From Yuukianura sp. NJ FZ-2021 (taxonomy: Eukaryota): DNA of 64,000 nucleotides. Positions 1 to 14,094 of this stretch are shown piece after piece. The notes under the pieces were generated by a model, which worked only from the letters and a program-made list of their open reading frames with translations, did not search any database and was not told the DNA's origin. Each line of letters starts with the position of its first letter. The first letter of the stretch is position 1. The translations under genes were made by a program, and so were the position numbers. Location: the NCBI GenBank assembly GCA_046563655.1, contig CM102286.1, positions 1,116,001 to 1,180,000 of the forward strand, in the 5' to 3' direction.

Positions 1-449
1 TTGTTGCAAAAGATATGTTTCTGGAAACGGTATCGGTTGTCCATTTGCTAGTTCTCCTACAATTGGAAGAAAATCCATAACCTCCAGTTCCTTTTTTCGA
101 CTAAAACCGTTTTCCCGTTGCACACAATTTTCAAAAACGGGAAGAAGAGCGTCCGGAATTTTTTTGTAAATTGGTTCCAAAAACTCATATTGTAGCCTTA
201 AAACATAGACAAAAGTTATTTTCGAAAATCATCCATATGATGATCTAAACATTCTACCACTCTGCACGCGCATCCAAGCTTAGAATTTTCAAAATTTCTT
301 GACAAAGGATGGTTTCGGATTTTGGACATGACTTTCAGCGTGGAAAAGAGCATCAACCCGATAACGCAACAGTCTGAAATTTCACAGACGTCATGTGGCC
401 TTAGAGTAGAATCGATGTTCAAAAAATTGGCGTGATGCGTTTTCGGGTT
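1..449 (-). CDS. Probable further exons of a minus-strand gene running off the window (LQYEFLEPIYKKIPDALLPVFENCVQ...DFLPIV...PETYLLQQ), resembling the post-ankyrin linker of TRPA-family channels
   Basis: Open frame 1-196 after a taag acceptor, and ORF 216-449 after a tag acceptor. The family resemblance was judged by eye only. Confidence 0.35.
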
Positions 450-942
450 CTAGTCCAAAAGTGACGCCAAAGTTGACCATATTCCGACGGAAAAAATCAC
501 AACTTTTGTTTATTTCCTTCCATCTTGAGGAAAATTGTTTTTAACACTGTTGTGCATACTTTTGAACGTTTCGTGTGCAAACGTTGCACAATTGAAATTA
601 CAAAAATTGGCGGTTTTAGTGTTGCACAATTTTAAACTCCGGATTTTTTATGCACAATTTTAAACATTTCCTGAATGCGTTTCCTTGGCAAACGCTAATT
701 ACGTGCTTGTTTGTTACTGAAGTTTTTTTTTCAAAATTATTTTCGAATTTGAGATAAAAAACGTTCGAAAGCTTCGCAGTGTGTTTTGAGTGTTTGAACA
801 GAACGGAAGTCAGCAATCCTTTGAAAAGTTTAAAGTTTATATACAGTTTTTATACAGTTTTTATAGTTTTTATACAATCATTATACAGTAACTTTAAACA
901 ACCAATAAGTTTTCTGAAGAACTATATCTTGGTCAAGTGGAA

Positions 943-1545
943 AATGGGACGCTGGCAATGTGGAACATGCCTTCGGAACTTTGAGCAAAAACAAAGAAAA
1001 TACGTTTCTGGCCACGACTCTATCTGTGGGAAATGCCATATGACCTTGCGTCATGTCACAGGCTCTGTGATTCCTAAGTTGAAAATTGGTAAGTCTAAAT
1101 GGCAAAAGTGATTTAGTAGTATGCAATATTTGAGAAATTGATGTAATATTGATGATATTTTTTCTAGCTATTGCAGCCAGTAAAGCTGTGACTCCAGTTC
1201 CGCCAACTACTAGGAGCAAAGCCAATCGTAACAAGGAATGTGAACTTGTTGCAAGTCAATCTTCGAATATCTCATCCAATGAAGATATGGATGTTGAGTT
1301 TAGCCAAGAGTCAGTTCCACTTTCTCAAGGTAAAAATATTTTAGTTTTTATAGTGTGCAATATTTTTTCAAGTCCGCATTTGGTTTGCATAGCATTTTTT
1401 TAAGTTTTAAATGCGTGATTTTATGTTTCAGACTCTCAACTCACGGAATCATCACAAGACTTGCCACAATTATCGGAAGAAGAGCCTGTTGTTTTGTCCC
1501 AACTATCAAATGCTTCTACAATCTTCACGAATGTGAATTCAATTG
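943..1545 (+). other. Spliced fragment with CxxC...CxxC N-terminus and SQ-rich tract, possibly the 5' remnant of a transposon-encoded protein
   Basis: MGRWQCGTC...ICGKCH, then exon-like segments ~1168-1329 and ~1432-1545 with GT-AG boundaries and many SQ dipeptides. No catalytic domain or TIR seen. Confidence 0.3.
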
Positions 1546-2988
1546 AGGTTTCGCAGACTTCCAAAGGTTTCGGATCCCGCGGCAATTTGAAGCACAGTTT
1601 GTCCGCTGCTGTCTTTATGCATACAAAATTTCTCTCGGTCTCGTTCGTATATTAAGTCTGGATGGTTCAAGATCAGTTTGACACATTCCACGCTTCCGTG
1701 TGACGCATCTTCATTTTATAAACACCATTAAAAATTGTAATTTTTTTTATAATATTTTTTGAACTTACTCTCATTTGGAATTATATGGAGGCAAGTTTGT
1801 CCTTTTTCATTCAAAAGAGAGGGATGCAGAAGATGGTCTTTCCAAATTTCGTTGCTTTCCATTTTATAATGCGTCAGTGCAGAAATTCTACGTTCTCCAT
1901 TTTGAATCAACAATTCGCCACTGCCAGATTCAGTGTAAACGTTGAATAAAAATTCAAGAATTTGCCACTTTCCAAACCTGGCGGCCACATGAATCGGACT
2001 ATTTTTTTCTTCTTTCGTAAAGTAGTTCTCTGAAGACGTTTTCTTCAATAGGTACAATATGCGTGAACACGTACTACGCTCAGACTCATCTTCAAAAAAT
2101 GAAAATATAACAAAATTGAAGAATTTTTTTTTAAGAAAATGTTTTTTTTAAGTACCTGAGTGTTGTATTGCAGCATGGAGTGCAGTGTATCCGTCAACAT
2201 CGAATTCATCTGGGCTAAAACCGCAAACGTCAATCAGAAGTTGGACCATTTGAACTGAAGCGGTATTTGCCGCTAGATGGAGCGGCGGAGGACGGTTCAA
2301 TTCATGTGACTGATTTCTTGCAGCCTCCCAAATCGTTTTGACAATCGGCACCAGTTCGTCGCGAGGTGCTTTAAAATCAATTGAGAATTGAAATATAAAA
2401 TGTAAACTAAAAATAATTAAATTAACCAGTTTTGTGTTTACATTTAATCAGATAATGAAAAGGAGTAAGTTGGTCAGCATCTTCTTCGAAAATAGTTTGA
2501 AGAAGGTTTTTTTCAATAAACCACAGCAAAAGCATGCTCCGTTCAAATTTTGCAGCATAATGCAATGGCGTTCGTTTTTCAACATCAGGACGATTTAAAT
2601 TTTGTAAGTGAAAATCTTGAGGAATGGGATCTGCTTGTAACGAACGAGTGTAAATCCATTCCGCAATTTCCACACGCCTTTCATCGCTGTATCCCCCTAT
2701 ATTAATGTTAGATACAATTATTAAAGTTATAGAAAATAATAAGTCATAGTTACCTGTCATGCACAGGAGATGTAGAATTGTTTGCTTCTGGTCATTTTTC
2801 AAGTCAAGTATTTTGTACTCTTTTTCTAGAGCATCGTCGCCAAGATTTTGAATAGAATTCAAATTTCCCTCCCGTAAGGCAGTACATAAACTGTTAATAA
2901 TATTATGCGAAGATAGTCTTTCTTTATGCCAAGGAAATCCATTTTCCATCACAACTCCTTTGCCATTGACAAATTTCACTGACGACAT
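1536..2988 (-). CDS. Multi-exon ankyrin-repeat protein, possibly the N-terminal part of a TRPA-like channel gene that continues left
   Basis: Ankyrin motifs in successive exons: QTILHLLC, RTPLHYAAKF, PPLHLAA, GYTALHAAIQ, NSPIHVAARFG, GQTCLH, GQTVLQIAA. GT-AG introns. The last readable exon runs into a TGA near 1540. Left boundary approximate. Confidence 0.75.
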
Positions 2989-4403
2989 TTGGAAATAGTT
3001 GAACTTCGAAAACAAATTGTATCAACACAATATCAGCGTCAATTCAAGGAATTAATGTAAAATAATATGGTTTTACAGGAACGGTTTTATAACCCAAAGA
3101 AAACCAACAAAATTCACAAGGAAGAAGGATTTGCGTTGCTCATATGGAAAATACAAAATAAATTTAATACCTCAAATAAACGAATTTTGCAGGAAACACG
3201 TAAGAGGAATTTTTGTAGATCCCTCAAAAACAAATTTTTAATTCGACGTACGTGATTACGTAGAAGTAAACCGAACTCGTGAACGTCATTATATGAACTA
3301 ATTTTTTCTTTGATTTTAAATTAAAGACATACAAACTAAGTTAGGCCTCAAACAAAAACGTAAGTTTCTCTAGGAAAAACGAAAAACAAATTCACGCTTC
3401 CTAGTTTCTATACGAAGAACAAAAAACAATTCACGCTTCCTTTGATGATCATTGCCTCTTTTTTTAAATTTCAAGGTCAATCACACTGTTGGTTGCGTGT
3501 CGTTCAAAAGTACAGTTTAATTTGAACATACGTTGTCTGTTATCCGTTTAATAAAAACTGCGATGGTTTTGCTTTTGTATATGTTCATGTTTGTTGAATT
3601 CCCAGTTACGCGAAAAATTTCAAAAGCTCACAAGAGGATTTTGCGTAAAAGATTTTCTTCGTTGCCTAGGGTGAAGTTTAGAAAAGATTTTTGGAGGTGG
3701 AAAAGAAAGTAGTTTTGGAAATGTTCTCACAGTCTCAGATTTAACACTCGAGTCAACACAAGTAAAAAGCAAGGCTCCACTATTGTCACCTAGTTTATGT
3801 AACAATTTGTTAAGTTATACAAATTTATTGTATTAACATTGTCCAAAAAGTTTAGAATAAATGGCTTTAGACTTCACTTTTAAAACGTTTTGAATTGCAA
3901 AAAATTTTGAATTGATTTACTGAAAATTTTAGGAACATGAAATTATTCAAAATACGGTAAGTAGAAACTGTTTTCCATACTAAACACTATTCATTATAAA
4001 GCATAAACAGATTCAAAATCTGAAATTTTTAAAATGAAACACTGTTTTTAAAATTTCTAGCATTGAGTGCTTTGAAAATGTCGCGTAGAATCATCCAGTC
4101 TCCGAAAAAAATAAGAACAGCCTGTGAAACAAAATGTTTTTGCATACGCGGAATGAAATTGGCACAAGTTTAAAATAGGAATTTGTACCAGTTTAAAAAT
4201 AGATAAGAAAAAAGAATGAAGATCCGATTTCGTCTGCTGTCACACAGCTTCCTGTTCCCACCTTGATAAAATGCAGTTTACAGTGTTAGCTGCTCTTCTT
4301 AAACAAGATTTAGAACAGATCTGATTGAAAATGTTTTTTAAAAATCCTATTTGAGGGTTGATTTATTTATTTTTCTAGGAATTTTGTCTAGTTGATTTTG
4401 GAA

Positions 4404-6121
4404 ATGGGAGTTGAACCGCAACCTCGGCAGGCGGGAAGTGATTGGTTGACTTCCGGCAGCCACGAGGGGAACAGACACTTCTTGTCTAATGCAACCAGAA
4501 ACGGATGTCAAATGGGCTTCTACGGATGGAGACGACGCTGTCTCTTTGTCGTGGTTACAATACTGCTATTTCTGGCGTTGCTCAACCTAGCCCTTACACT
4601 TTGGATCCTAAAAGTCATGGAGTTCACTTCGGTAATTCTATAAACTGTCTTTCCAAAATTTTGAAACTTTAGCTCAATATGAATTGACTGTACTGAATGC
4701 AAGTTTGGTCATTTTTTTTTATTTTGTTTAACTTTCTAGTAACTATTAAATTTCCGTAAGACACTTTTCTATTGAAAAGAGCCTCAAAAATTTTAATTAA
4801 AAAAAAGAGAAACTTCGCTTTTTTGCTGTTTTTTTTTTTGAAACTCAAAGTTTGTTTATTTACCTAAATGGAGATTCGATTTGTTTGAAAAGAATGCGAT
4901 GCTTGGAGTTAAACTCTTTCTTCGATTGGATAAACACAGCGGGAGAATTCAAACATTTTACGCAAGTGGCACTGAAAAACAAATAAGAAAGTGAATTTTA
5001 TCAGGAAACGGAATCTTCTTACCCAAAAACAATTAAAATGAAACTTAATTTTTAAAAACTGTTTAAAACTAAATTTTTAAGTACTCCTTTATCATTTCTT
5101 TTTGTAGAGTGGCCTTGGTCCCTTAAGGGTAGTTTCTGGTGGATTGCAACTGCGTGGGGAGGCACTTGTACTAGACAGCTTAGTTGCGTCTAAAATCCGT
5201 TCAAGGAAAGGTCAAGGAATTCAGATTGAAAGTAACAGAAACATTAGCCTAAACGCAAGGTCACCCAATGGCAGACTCTCAGGTCAATTGTTTCTAGGTA
5301 ACTTTCAAAAACAAAATTCAAAATTTTCTTCAGAAAACTTAGTTATCGTTGATTTTTTTTTCAAAAACAAGGTGAAAGTTCCATGGAAATCGTCGCATCG
5401 TCTATGAGAATCGGAGATGTTCAAGGGCGACCGTTGCTTTCAGTGGATAAAAAAGAAATGTTAGTTGGTGCTGACACGCTCGTGGTCACTGGTGAGATTA
5501 AATTTGAAGTTTTCCTGATACAAAATTTTGAAATTTTTCATTTTTTTTAAGGCGAGGGAGGAGTAATTTTTGGGGGATCTCTTCAAACTCCTAAAGTAAA
5601 AGCCGATTCCGGTCACGAACTCAGGTGAAAGCACAATAAAAAAAATGAAGGTCAAAGGTCACGTTTTTATTTTTAATGATAGATTGGAGTCACCAACAAG
5701 GTCACTCGACATTTTTGGAACTTTTGGTGTAAATCTCGTCTCTGATGCAGGAGACATCAGTGTAATGGCACTTGATGACATCAAACTCCAATCAGACACA
5801 GGAAGTGTAAGCTCCGCTCATTTTTTATTTCACAGGTTTCAAAATTAGTTTTTGAAAAAAAATACACATTACACTCATAAAAAAAGTTTTCGAAAAAATC
5901 TTTAGGTTCGACTTGAAGCTCCTAATATTTATTTCCCGGCACTTGAAACAGTGCGCGTAGCTGAACTCGGCGGAAATGTCCAACGCCATGTCACTTATGG
6001 ACCTCTTCCAGCAGACAAATCTGGTTTCAAAATTTACCAAGTTTGCATTTGCCAAAAAGGACGCATTTTCCTAGCTCCACCAGAAGGTGAATGTGTAGCA
6101 GACAATGATGTTTGTCGATGA
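4404..6121 (+). CDS. Scgdelta: Delta/gamma/zeta-type sarcoglycan
   Basis: [11 protein letters not shown] followed by a TM helix ending [23 protein letters not shown]-terminal Cys cluster [28 protein letters not shown]; about six exons. Confidence 0.92.
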
Positions 6122-6365
6122 CATTTTCTACATGCATAATTCTCCACGACATGTTTTCAAAACTCTTCTGCTACTGCATAATTTCTACTAATTAAAATCA
6201 TTACTATGTAACTTGTGAAGCAATGGAAAATTTAACCTCCTACTGCTCAAATTTTTTATTTGTTTCATTCGAAGCTAAAATTTATATTTGGAAATTACTC
6301 GAAACGATAGTTGTTTTTGAAAATGAAGTTTTTCTTAAACACTTGCCAATTGCAAAAAAAAAGTT

Positions 6366-7467
6366 TTAGTATTTCGAGATTTGAGTGTTCCAACATCCAG
6401 TGCGACACTTGGGAGTGACTCCTTTGGATTTGTCGTAATCAAAGTCCTTGTAGTCGTACTCCATCCGCGAAGCAATTGCTGTGGCTTCTCGTGCACCGAT
6501 AAATTTTTTGACTAAGTACAACGACAAATCAATTCCAGCAGAAACGCCTAAAATCCAAAAACTTTGAGTTAAGTTTTGGAATTTTGAAAATTTCATTTCA
6601 AAAATTCTGTTCTTACCAGCCGAAGTAAGAACTCTTCCGTTGTCAGTGAATCTGCGATCTCTAAACAGTTTTGACCTTGGACAATTTTGTTCAGCCAAAT
6701 CCATTGCTAGGTGGTGAGTCGTGATGTCCAGACCATCGACAAGTCCAGCTCTTCCCAGAAAATTTACTCCAGTACAAACTGAAATGATGTACTTGGCAGT
6801 CACTGCAACTCGTTTGATCCAAGGAACATACCTAATGTTTAACACAGTTAAAATTTTAAGTATTTGAACAAAATTTTTGTTTTTTTGAAAGTACGCTGGG
6901 TGATTGAGTGCAGCGTTGGTAAAATTTTCGTTGCTTCCAGGAACTACAACAACGTCCAGTTTTGGCAAACTCCTGTCGCCAATGACATAATCCACAACGA
7001 TATTGAGTCCATTCATGGCTCTCATTGTTTTTTTAGTACCAATCATGTAAACCTTATCAAAAAGTTTGAAAAATCAATTTACATAATACAGAAATACACA
7101 ATTACTTAAATATTTTGAAACTAATTATAGTTATTACGGGAAACTGGCTAACCTTAAAACTTCCAAACATTTCTCCAGCGATGGCCAGAACTTCAAATGG
7201 ACCAGCGACATCCAGAACTTCGACATTGTCGAACATCATTATCCCAATGGTCAAAGGTTGTCGCTGTGGTCCAACCGTTTGTTGTTGTTGCCCATATCTG
7301 TTAGGATTTGTGTGTTGCTTTTGATGCCCATATCTGGAAGGTGACGGAGATTGCGAATACTGCTGCTGGTCGTAGTTAAAGTTACCCGGTCCAGATCCCC
7401 AGGCATTCGTTTTTACAATTGAAAGCAGGGACAGGAGAACACAAATGTTCAAAATTTTATGAAACAT
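6366..7467 (-). CDS. Secreted DJ-1/PfpI (ThiJ, isonitrile-hydratase-like) family protein with Gln-rich linker
   Basis: Signal-peptide-like N-terminus; FDNVEVLDVAGPFEVL; VVVPG; nucleophile-elbow SVCTG; GLVDGLDITTH; TSAG|VSAGID; four exons. Confidence 0.88.
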
Positions 7468-10400
7468 TTTAAGATTTTTTTTTCTACTTTTTTTTTGTAA
7501 ATTTCTACTACAGTAAGTATCAAAATTCCCTCCTACTTATACCCTAGAAATGTTGGATTTAAGAGAAAAACAGGAAATTTAAAAAACCTCATCCGTTTTT
7601 TTCACAAAACAAAAAATTGTGGAAATTTTTTAATTCATTGCAAGCCAAAAACCAATTCCTGTTTATCCTTTCCTTGAAGGTCTTAGAAAAGCTAAACAAA
7701 GGCGGGCAGTTTTGAACAAACACTCGGAAAATTGAAATCAAAAGCGCTAAATGGATTTGAATTTTTAAAAATGAGGCGGGAAGTTCAAATCAGAAAAAAA
7801 TAGGAAAATGAGGCTTTCACGTTATAAAAATAGCATTTCTGGGTTGGCTACAATTTTTCATGAAAGTAATACTGTCGAAAGACGGGATTTTTTTTTTGAA
7901 TTTTGTTCTTGTTGACTTTGACATGCCTATCTTGTCACTGCATATAAATCTCTTGCTGACTCGGACTAAGCGAGTAATGATTTTGTGTGACACGGGTCAG
8001 CGCAGGGTCATTTATTGTCAACTTTAAGAAGACAGGAATAAAAATTTTCGGCCATAAAACACGAAAAAAAAATTCATTTTTTTTAGAATTTTGCTTCCCA
8101 TCAAATGTGTGAAATTTTCAAGAGAAGTGTTCTGGCAGAAAGGGAAAGCACGTTTTCTTTTTGACAAAATGTGTTGAATTTTGTTCGGGTTGATAGAAAT
8201 TTTGGAATCTCGGAAACTATGAGCGGTTTAATTTTAAGTACTCTTTGCGTTTGTAAGTTATTGGAACGCATGCTCTTTTTGTGTGATTTTAGTGATTTGG
8301 GAAATGATAGGGTTTGATGGATTGTTTGTGTAATGACTGGTTGTAGTGCCATTAAATTCTGAATCAACTCACGCCATAATCATGTAATTCAGCACAGTCG
8401 TTTGATGTAAAGTTCTCTCCTTCATTTCACACCGACACAACACGAACACTTCCAATTTGTCTTACGATCTGTCCAACCAACTCGAATTATCTCAATCAAA
8501 TCTACAAAGAAACTCTTTTATCCAAACTAACCAAATGCTCAACTGGTCATAAAGTTACGAATTGAAACTTATTTAAACACCAACGATAAAACTGCCCAAA
8601 TTCCATAAATCAAAACTCTTCAGATTTCAGAAACCAAAATGTCTTCCAAATTTCAAAATTTTGAAAACACGACTTCCATTTTTCTGTGAAATTGTAGCCT
8701 GTCTACATTGATTCATTTGACGCTTCATAGTTTGTTTGATGAACAGTGGAAATTAAAAGGAAATTGGGGGAAATGGAATCCATTTCCGGCTGAAACGCTT
8801 TTCAGAAACTCCTGACATGGAAGCAACCATCGAGAATCGATATGACTTAATGGAAACTTTGTTCTAAGGTGAAAGGTTACCAAAATGGTTGCTAATTGAC
8901 GTAAATGTAACATTAGCTTTAGTAGTAACCTTATGTATGGATTTGCGTTTAAGTTGTGGTGAAGTCATAATCAATTGAGGTTATTTTGAAGTAGCGTTTT
9001 GGCGTTTTATGACAGGAAGACTTTCTCCATAAATCCTGCTCCACAAAACAGTTTTTCAGAAACAGTTTCTTGGCTTTTTGCTTTTCCTTCCGGTTTGAAA
9101 TGCTCGCCACCACACTTTAACTTTTGGTTTCGTACATTTTGGAGCGTCTTTTTAGTATTCGACAGGAGAAAGCATTTGTCAGAAAGAGACAAGTTCAACT
9201 GCTACAACAGCGTTTTGGACGTGCTGTTTTTCTATGGAGGGAAAAAGGAAATGGACACGTTTTAAATCTCTGCCTCCTAAAACTACCAATTTCCTCAAAT
9301 TCAAAATTTTAAATTCACGAGGGATGTGTTCAGAATAATTTCTAATTGGAGCCTATGACCTTATTCACTCTAAATCTAAAAACAAAACGAATAAAAAAAC
9401 TTGAAAAACAAAGATAAAATGGAATTGTTTGAAAATTTATCAAGTGATCTCCGCGTAATTTCAAACAGTGCTTTGTACCACTGAATCTTGACACTTGCAA
9501 AGTTTTATTTCTCTTTTCCCGCCAATTCCCCAAAATAAAAACACTAAATGGATTGCCATTTAGCTCAAATTTATGTTCAGATGTAATGGGAGAAAGCGCG
9601 ATTCATTGAAACCAGTTTGGTAATTATTTTAGACAGAAAGGAATCGACCAAGTAACATTGTATTTAGTTGCCAATGCTCCCTCTCAACATGTATCCCCAA
9701 TAGTTACTCCCTCCACTTTCTCACTTTCATGATCTCCTAGAAGTGTAAAAGGTGTGAAAAATGAAGTGGTCGTCCAAGATCCACTTCTCGAAGAAACTGT
9801 TATGGCGTCTTTGCGTTTCCATGGAAACGGAACTGGGCAGGAGAGATGAATTCATGCGACTTCAGCTTCTTATCGCCGCAGTGCAGACCAGAAACGAGAG
9901 GATTTCTAGAACTTTAGTATCTTCTAAGAAAACTGTTTTTTCTAACTGAATCAAAAAAAAATTTCAGAAAATTTTTTGACAACTTGAAAAAAATTACGAT
10001 GTAAGTTCAAGTAAGCTTTCGCTACAACTTTGGTGAAAGTGGGTGTCTAATCCTCAGAAACTAAGTTTCCGTTTTCAGGTGAAAGTGGACGCGGAGAAAG
10101 TCATTTCGGCGGGATTAGGCTATTCCTCAGAACTCGGGAAATTACAGTTGATCCCCCAGATCAACCCTTGTTTCAAATGTTTCGTAGTGACCACTTTGAC
10201 CTTAAGCTTAACAAGATTAACTTTCGAAAAATCCATTTAGCTCACCTTAATCCCTGCAACTGGCCATCCTACAAATTGAACTTACAAGAAAAAACTAACT
10301 TTCGAAAAAGTAGTAAACCTGCATCACTTAAATTTTGTTTTTCCTAACTTTGGTTTTATTTGTGCTTTGCCCATTTTGTGTCTGATTAAAGTTTTCTCAA

Positions 10401-11517
10401 CTAGGATGATTTTGTAAAATTCATCAAGCATTCTAAAGTGAAAGTGTTTTGAATAAATGAGGGGAAGCGGCGGGGGTGAAACGTTGTAATTTGGGCTGCT
10501 AGCCACAACCTAAGCTCCTCTTCTCAAAAGTTTTTGGTGAAAGTGGAGCTTTATCTCCCACGGCGTCAAAAACCACACTAAGGAAGGAGGAAGTTTGCTG
10601 GAGAAAGTTAGGCTAGGTAGGCCTAACATTTGCTAAAATCCATTTAAATCCACATGCATAATTTAGCATTCCTTCAAATATTCATAACTCACTTTACTCT
10701 GGATTCATCAAGCAGACAAAATGGGATTAATTAGATCCAAGTGCTGAACAGAATGTTAACTAATAAAAGTATTTTTTGCTGTCATACGTAGCACAAATTT
10801 TTTAACCAGAATGCCATGCAGTAGCTGACCATTGTTCTTCTGGGTAATATTGTGTTCTATTTCAGGTAACCCAAAAAAAACGAATTTTTTTTTCGTTTGT
10901 CACTGTAGCATTTCATTTGTTACGCTAACATCCACGAAGGAAAAAAAAACTTGACCACCAGTTTTGGCTCATCCGCCTATCTTCAGTTTCTACTCGAATG
11001 ATTTCATATTGGCATAAAAAAACTCCTTCAGTCATAAGCGTCAGTTTTTGCTAGAAACGTAATCAAAAAATTATTATATAATAAAACATTTAATAATTTT
11101 TATTGAAAAAGCACGTAACATTCTGTCGAACATGTCATGTATCAAAATTTCAAAAAAAAAAAATACTAAAGAAAGCCCGATCTGCTCTCTGTTGAGGGTG
11201 AAAGTCAACTTTCTCCACCAACACACAACGTGTTTCACATTTTCCAAAAAAAACTAAGCAATTTAGATTTCAAATACGCTTACACGAGTTTAAATATAAA
11301 ATATTTATTATGCAAAGACGAGGTAAGTAATTTTTGAACCATTCCAAAATTTTCTAACCATATCTAATTTCAAACGCAAATACGAAATGAGTATATGTGT
11401 TTGTTGGTGGGCAATTTGAAGCAACAATTTCAAAATTTTGAAAAGTTGGCGTTTCATTTTATGTTGGGCAGTATTTCTAAATGTGTCCAGTTGTTGGAAA
11501 AAACGAGAACTACCAAC

Positions 11518-13205
11518 ATGCTGTCTCTGGAAGCAATTGACTTGCTTGAGGGAATATTTTCCATTAGCAGTCGCTTTTTCGCAATTCCATTTGTGTGGAA
11601 TCCTAAGCAGTTTAAACTTTTTGTAGTTCCCACCAAAAGTTTCCACTTCTTAATTGTGTGTCTCTCAGCCGTTGCGATTGGATTGGATTTTGTTGGCCAG
11701 TTGAGGAATTTTTTTACAGTACTTTCACTGGTTAAAGCAAACTCAGCCCCTAAGGAAGCTGCAGTCTCATGTGCATACAATGCCTATATAAAATATGTAT
11801 TTTTCAAACTGTACACTTTGTATATTATTGAACGACATTCCGTGGCACGTCAAACAAACTTGTTCCTTAATTTTTATATTAGTTTCAACAACAAAGGTAA
11901 TAATATTAGTTAAAAAAAATTCGTTTTCAAAAACTTGTAATTTTTTACTATTCTGGCATTCAAAGTTGCAGTGTCTGAGCACTTTCGTGAAAAGAAGGTT
12001 GAGCAATATCGGAGTGGACTACGATTGTTGAAAGTGTTGATTGTAGTTAGCGCCATCCTCATAGTCCTGTTGATACTGACATATTTTACTTCAAAAACAG
12101 CTTCAGCCGTGGGCATCTCTATGGGAACCGATGCAACATTTTTGAAGCGGCTAGTATTTGCACCGCTCTTCTTCTTGAACCTAAACTACGTTCATATAAA
12201 TAGATTTTTATTCTCAGTTTGCACAGTATACGCCTTTAGCACAATCGATCTGCTCATGGAAACCAACCGGTAAATTTATTAGCTTCAAAAGTTTGTACAT
12301 AACAGTTTTAGTTAATTACTAATAACGCAATACAATCCAATATATGGAATACAAATCGGGTGTTCAAAAAGTTAGTTTCATCCTTTCCTCGCTGTGTAAC
12401 TTCTCCATACATGTAGATACCAAGGTTCGTAAACAAACAAGCTACACCAGGTTGTCCAGAAACTGGCAGTTTTAAAATTTGTTTGAAAATAACAAATCTG
12501 CTTTTCTATGGTAATTTTTGCATGTAATGTAAATGCGATTGGAGGAAAATTGGAGGAAAAAATTGTTTTCTTCCAAAAATTTTGAAGTAGGGAGGTACTG
12601 AATAACCTGGTGTAGCAAATACAACTTGTTGTATTTTGGTTGTCAAGGCACCTTGGTAGATACTACTTACTACACATTGTAACATGTGTATGTATTGTAA
12701 GTAAGCTGTCATACGTTTGTTGCTTTGCAGAGCTCCTTCTCAATCAAGCGAAAGTTCAGGAATGCTGCGACGCTATAGATGCCTGCAAATTTTGAATACG
12801 GAGGTAGCCGCCATTTTTGCCGCCATCTTTCCCAACATCGTTTTGTTAGTTTTGGGAACAAGTGTAATTCCACTAACAACTTTAATTCGATTCCTTTCTG
12901 GCCAATCAAATCCAAAGTTAGGCAGAAGTAATTACGTTTTGCTATTTGGTAGAGGAATACTTGGAATCACATTTGCTTGTTTTCTTTTCCCAAAATTTAG
13001 TGTCGTTAACGTACAATCTAGAAAATTGGTTCGCAAATGGCAGAAATTTGACAACAGAAGTTCTGAATTTGGGAAAGAAGCTAGGTCTTTAAATACGTTA
13101 AGAATTTATGTAGCTGACCTTTACTACTTTCAAAGGGAAACTTCCTTCAGAGTTATTGGTTCCATCTTCTACCTCACTTGCAGACTTATTCTCCTACTCA
13201 AATAA
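11518..13205 (+). CDS. Multi-pass membrane protein, gustatory/odorant-receptor-like (7TM chemoreceptor superfamily)
   Basis: Three exons (~11518-11896, ~11957-12269, ~12731-13205) with several hydrophobic helices. C-terminal LRIYVADLYYFQRET...TCRLILLLK resembles divergent GR C-termini. Confidence 0.55.
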
Positions 13206-14094
13206 GAAGTTAAATAGTAATTTACGAAATAAACTATCATAAGAATACAAAAGACTGACATTAGTAATTTCAGTTTTGTTCACCTTGCTATTAAAATCAT
13301 GTTGCATTTTTGTTTCTAAGTTTCAAACCTGTTTTAAAAACGTTAATTTCTATAATCTCAAAGAAGGTATAATAATTACTGATTTTCAGTAGAATAGGCT
13401 TTGACGTTGCCTTATACTACAAAGTTGTTCATTATCTAAAGTATCTCCATTTTTGTTAATTCAATTACGTTTTTGATTATTCAAATGCTCCTGACGTCCA
13501 AAAACAAGTTTCTATAGTCAATTTGCTTTGTAATTTAAGTCATATAGGCGGTACTTTTCAATAGCAGAAGATTAGTCAAGTTCCACCTTACAAGTATTAA
13601 AAGCGTACAAATTAATGATAAAATGTAATTGATAGCCCCTTTCACAACTAGTTAAAAGGTAATACAGATTAAATCGGATTTGCATATTTAAGAAGAGACG
13701 TACTATATAAGAGTCATTTGTGATGAAAAAGTTTAGTTTAAACGTTCGACTGATTTTCAACTGCATGTTTCTTTTAAATCAAAAATAAAATTAATCGTTC
13801 TTAAAAAGTCGACTCAAAAAATTTCTTTGAACAGAATTTTGAAATAGAAAATATAAGGGACAACTAGCTTTTTAGACTCTTTTTTTTTGTGTTCTCAAAA
13901 ACCAAAAATAATCACAAAGGATTTTAAGTCTGAATAATCTCACATACGGCCTTTGGCTATAAAAGTTTTTGGAGTTTTTTTCCTATTTACTTGTCAAAAC
14001 AATTTAGAAACAAAAAATAAGCTGACAAGTACAGTGAGAAAATTTTGAATCGATAACTTATATTTTTTCATTTCAATATTTTCAAATTCTCACA

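Noticed and set aside
7500..11300. Short ORFs in the intergenic region
   Set aside because: No recognisable domains or consistent exon chain.
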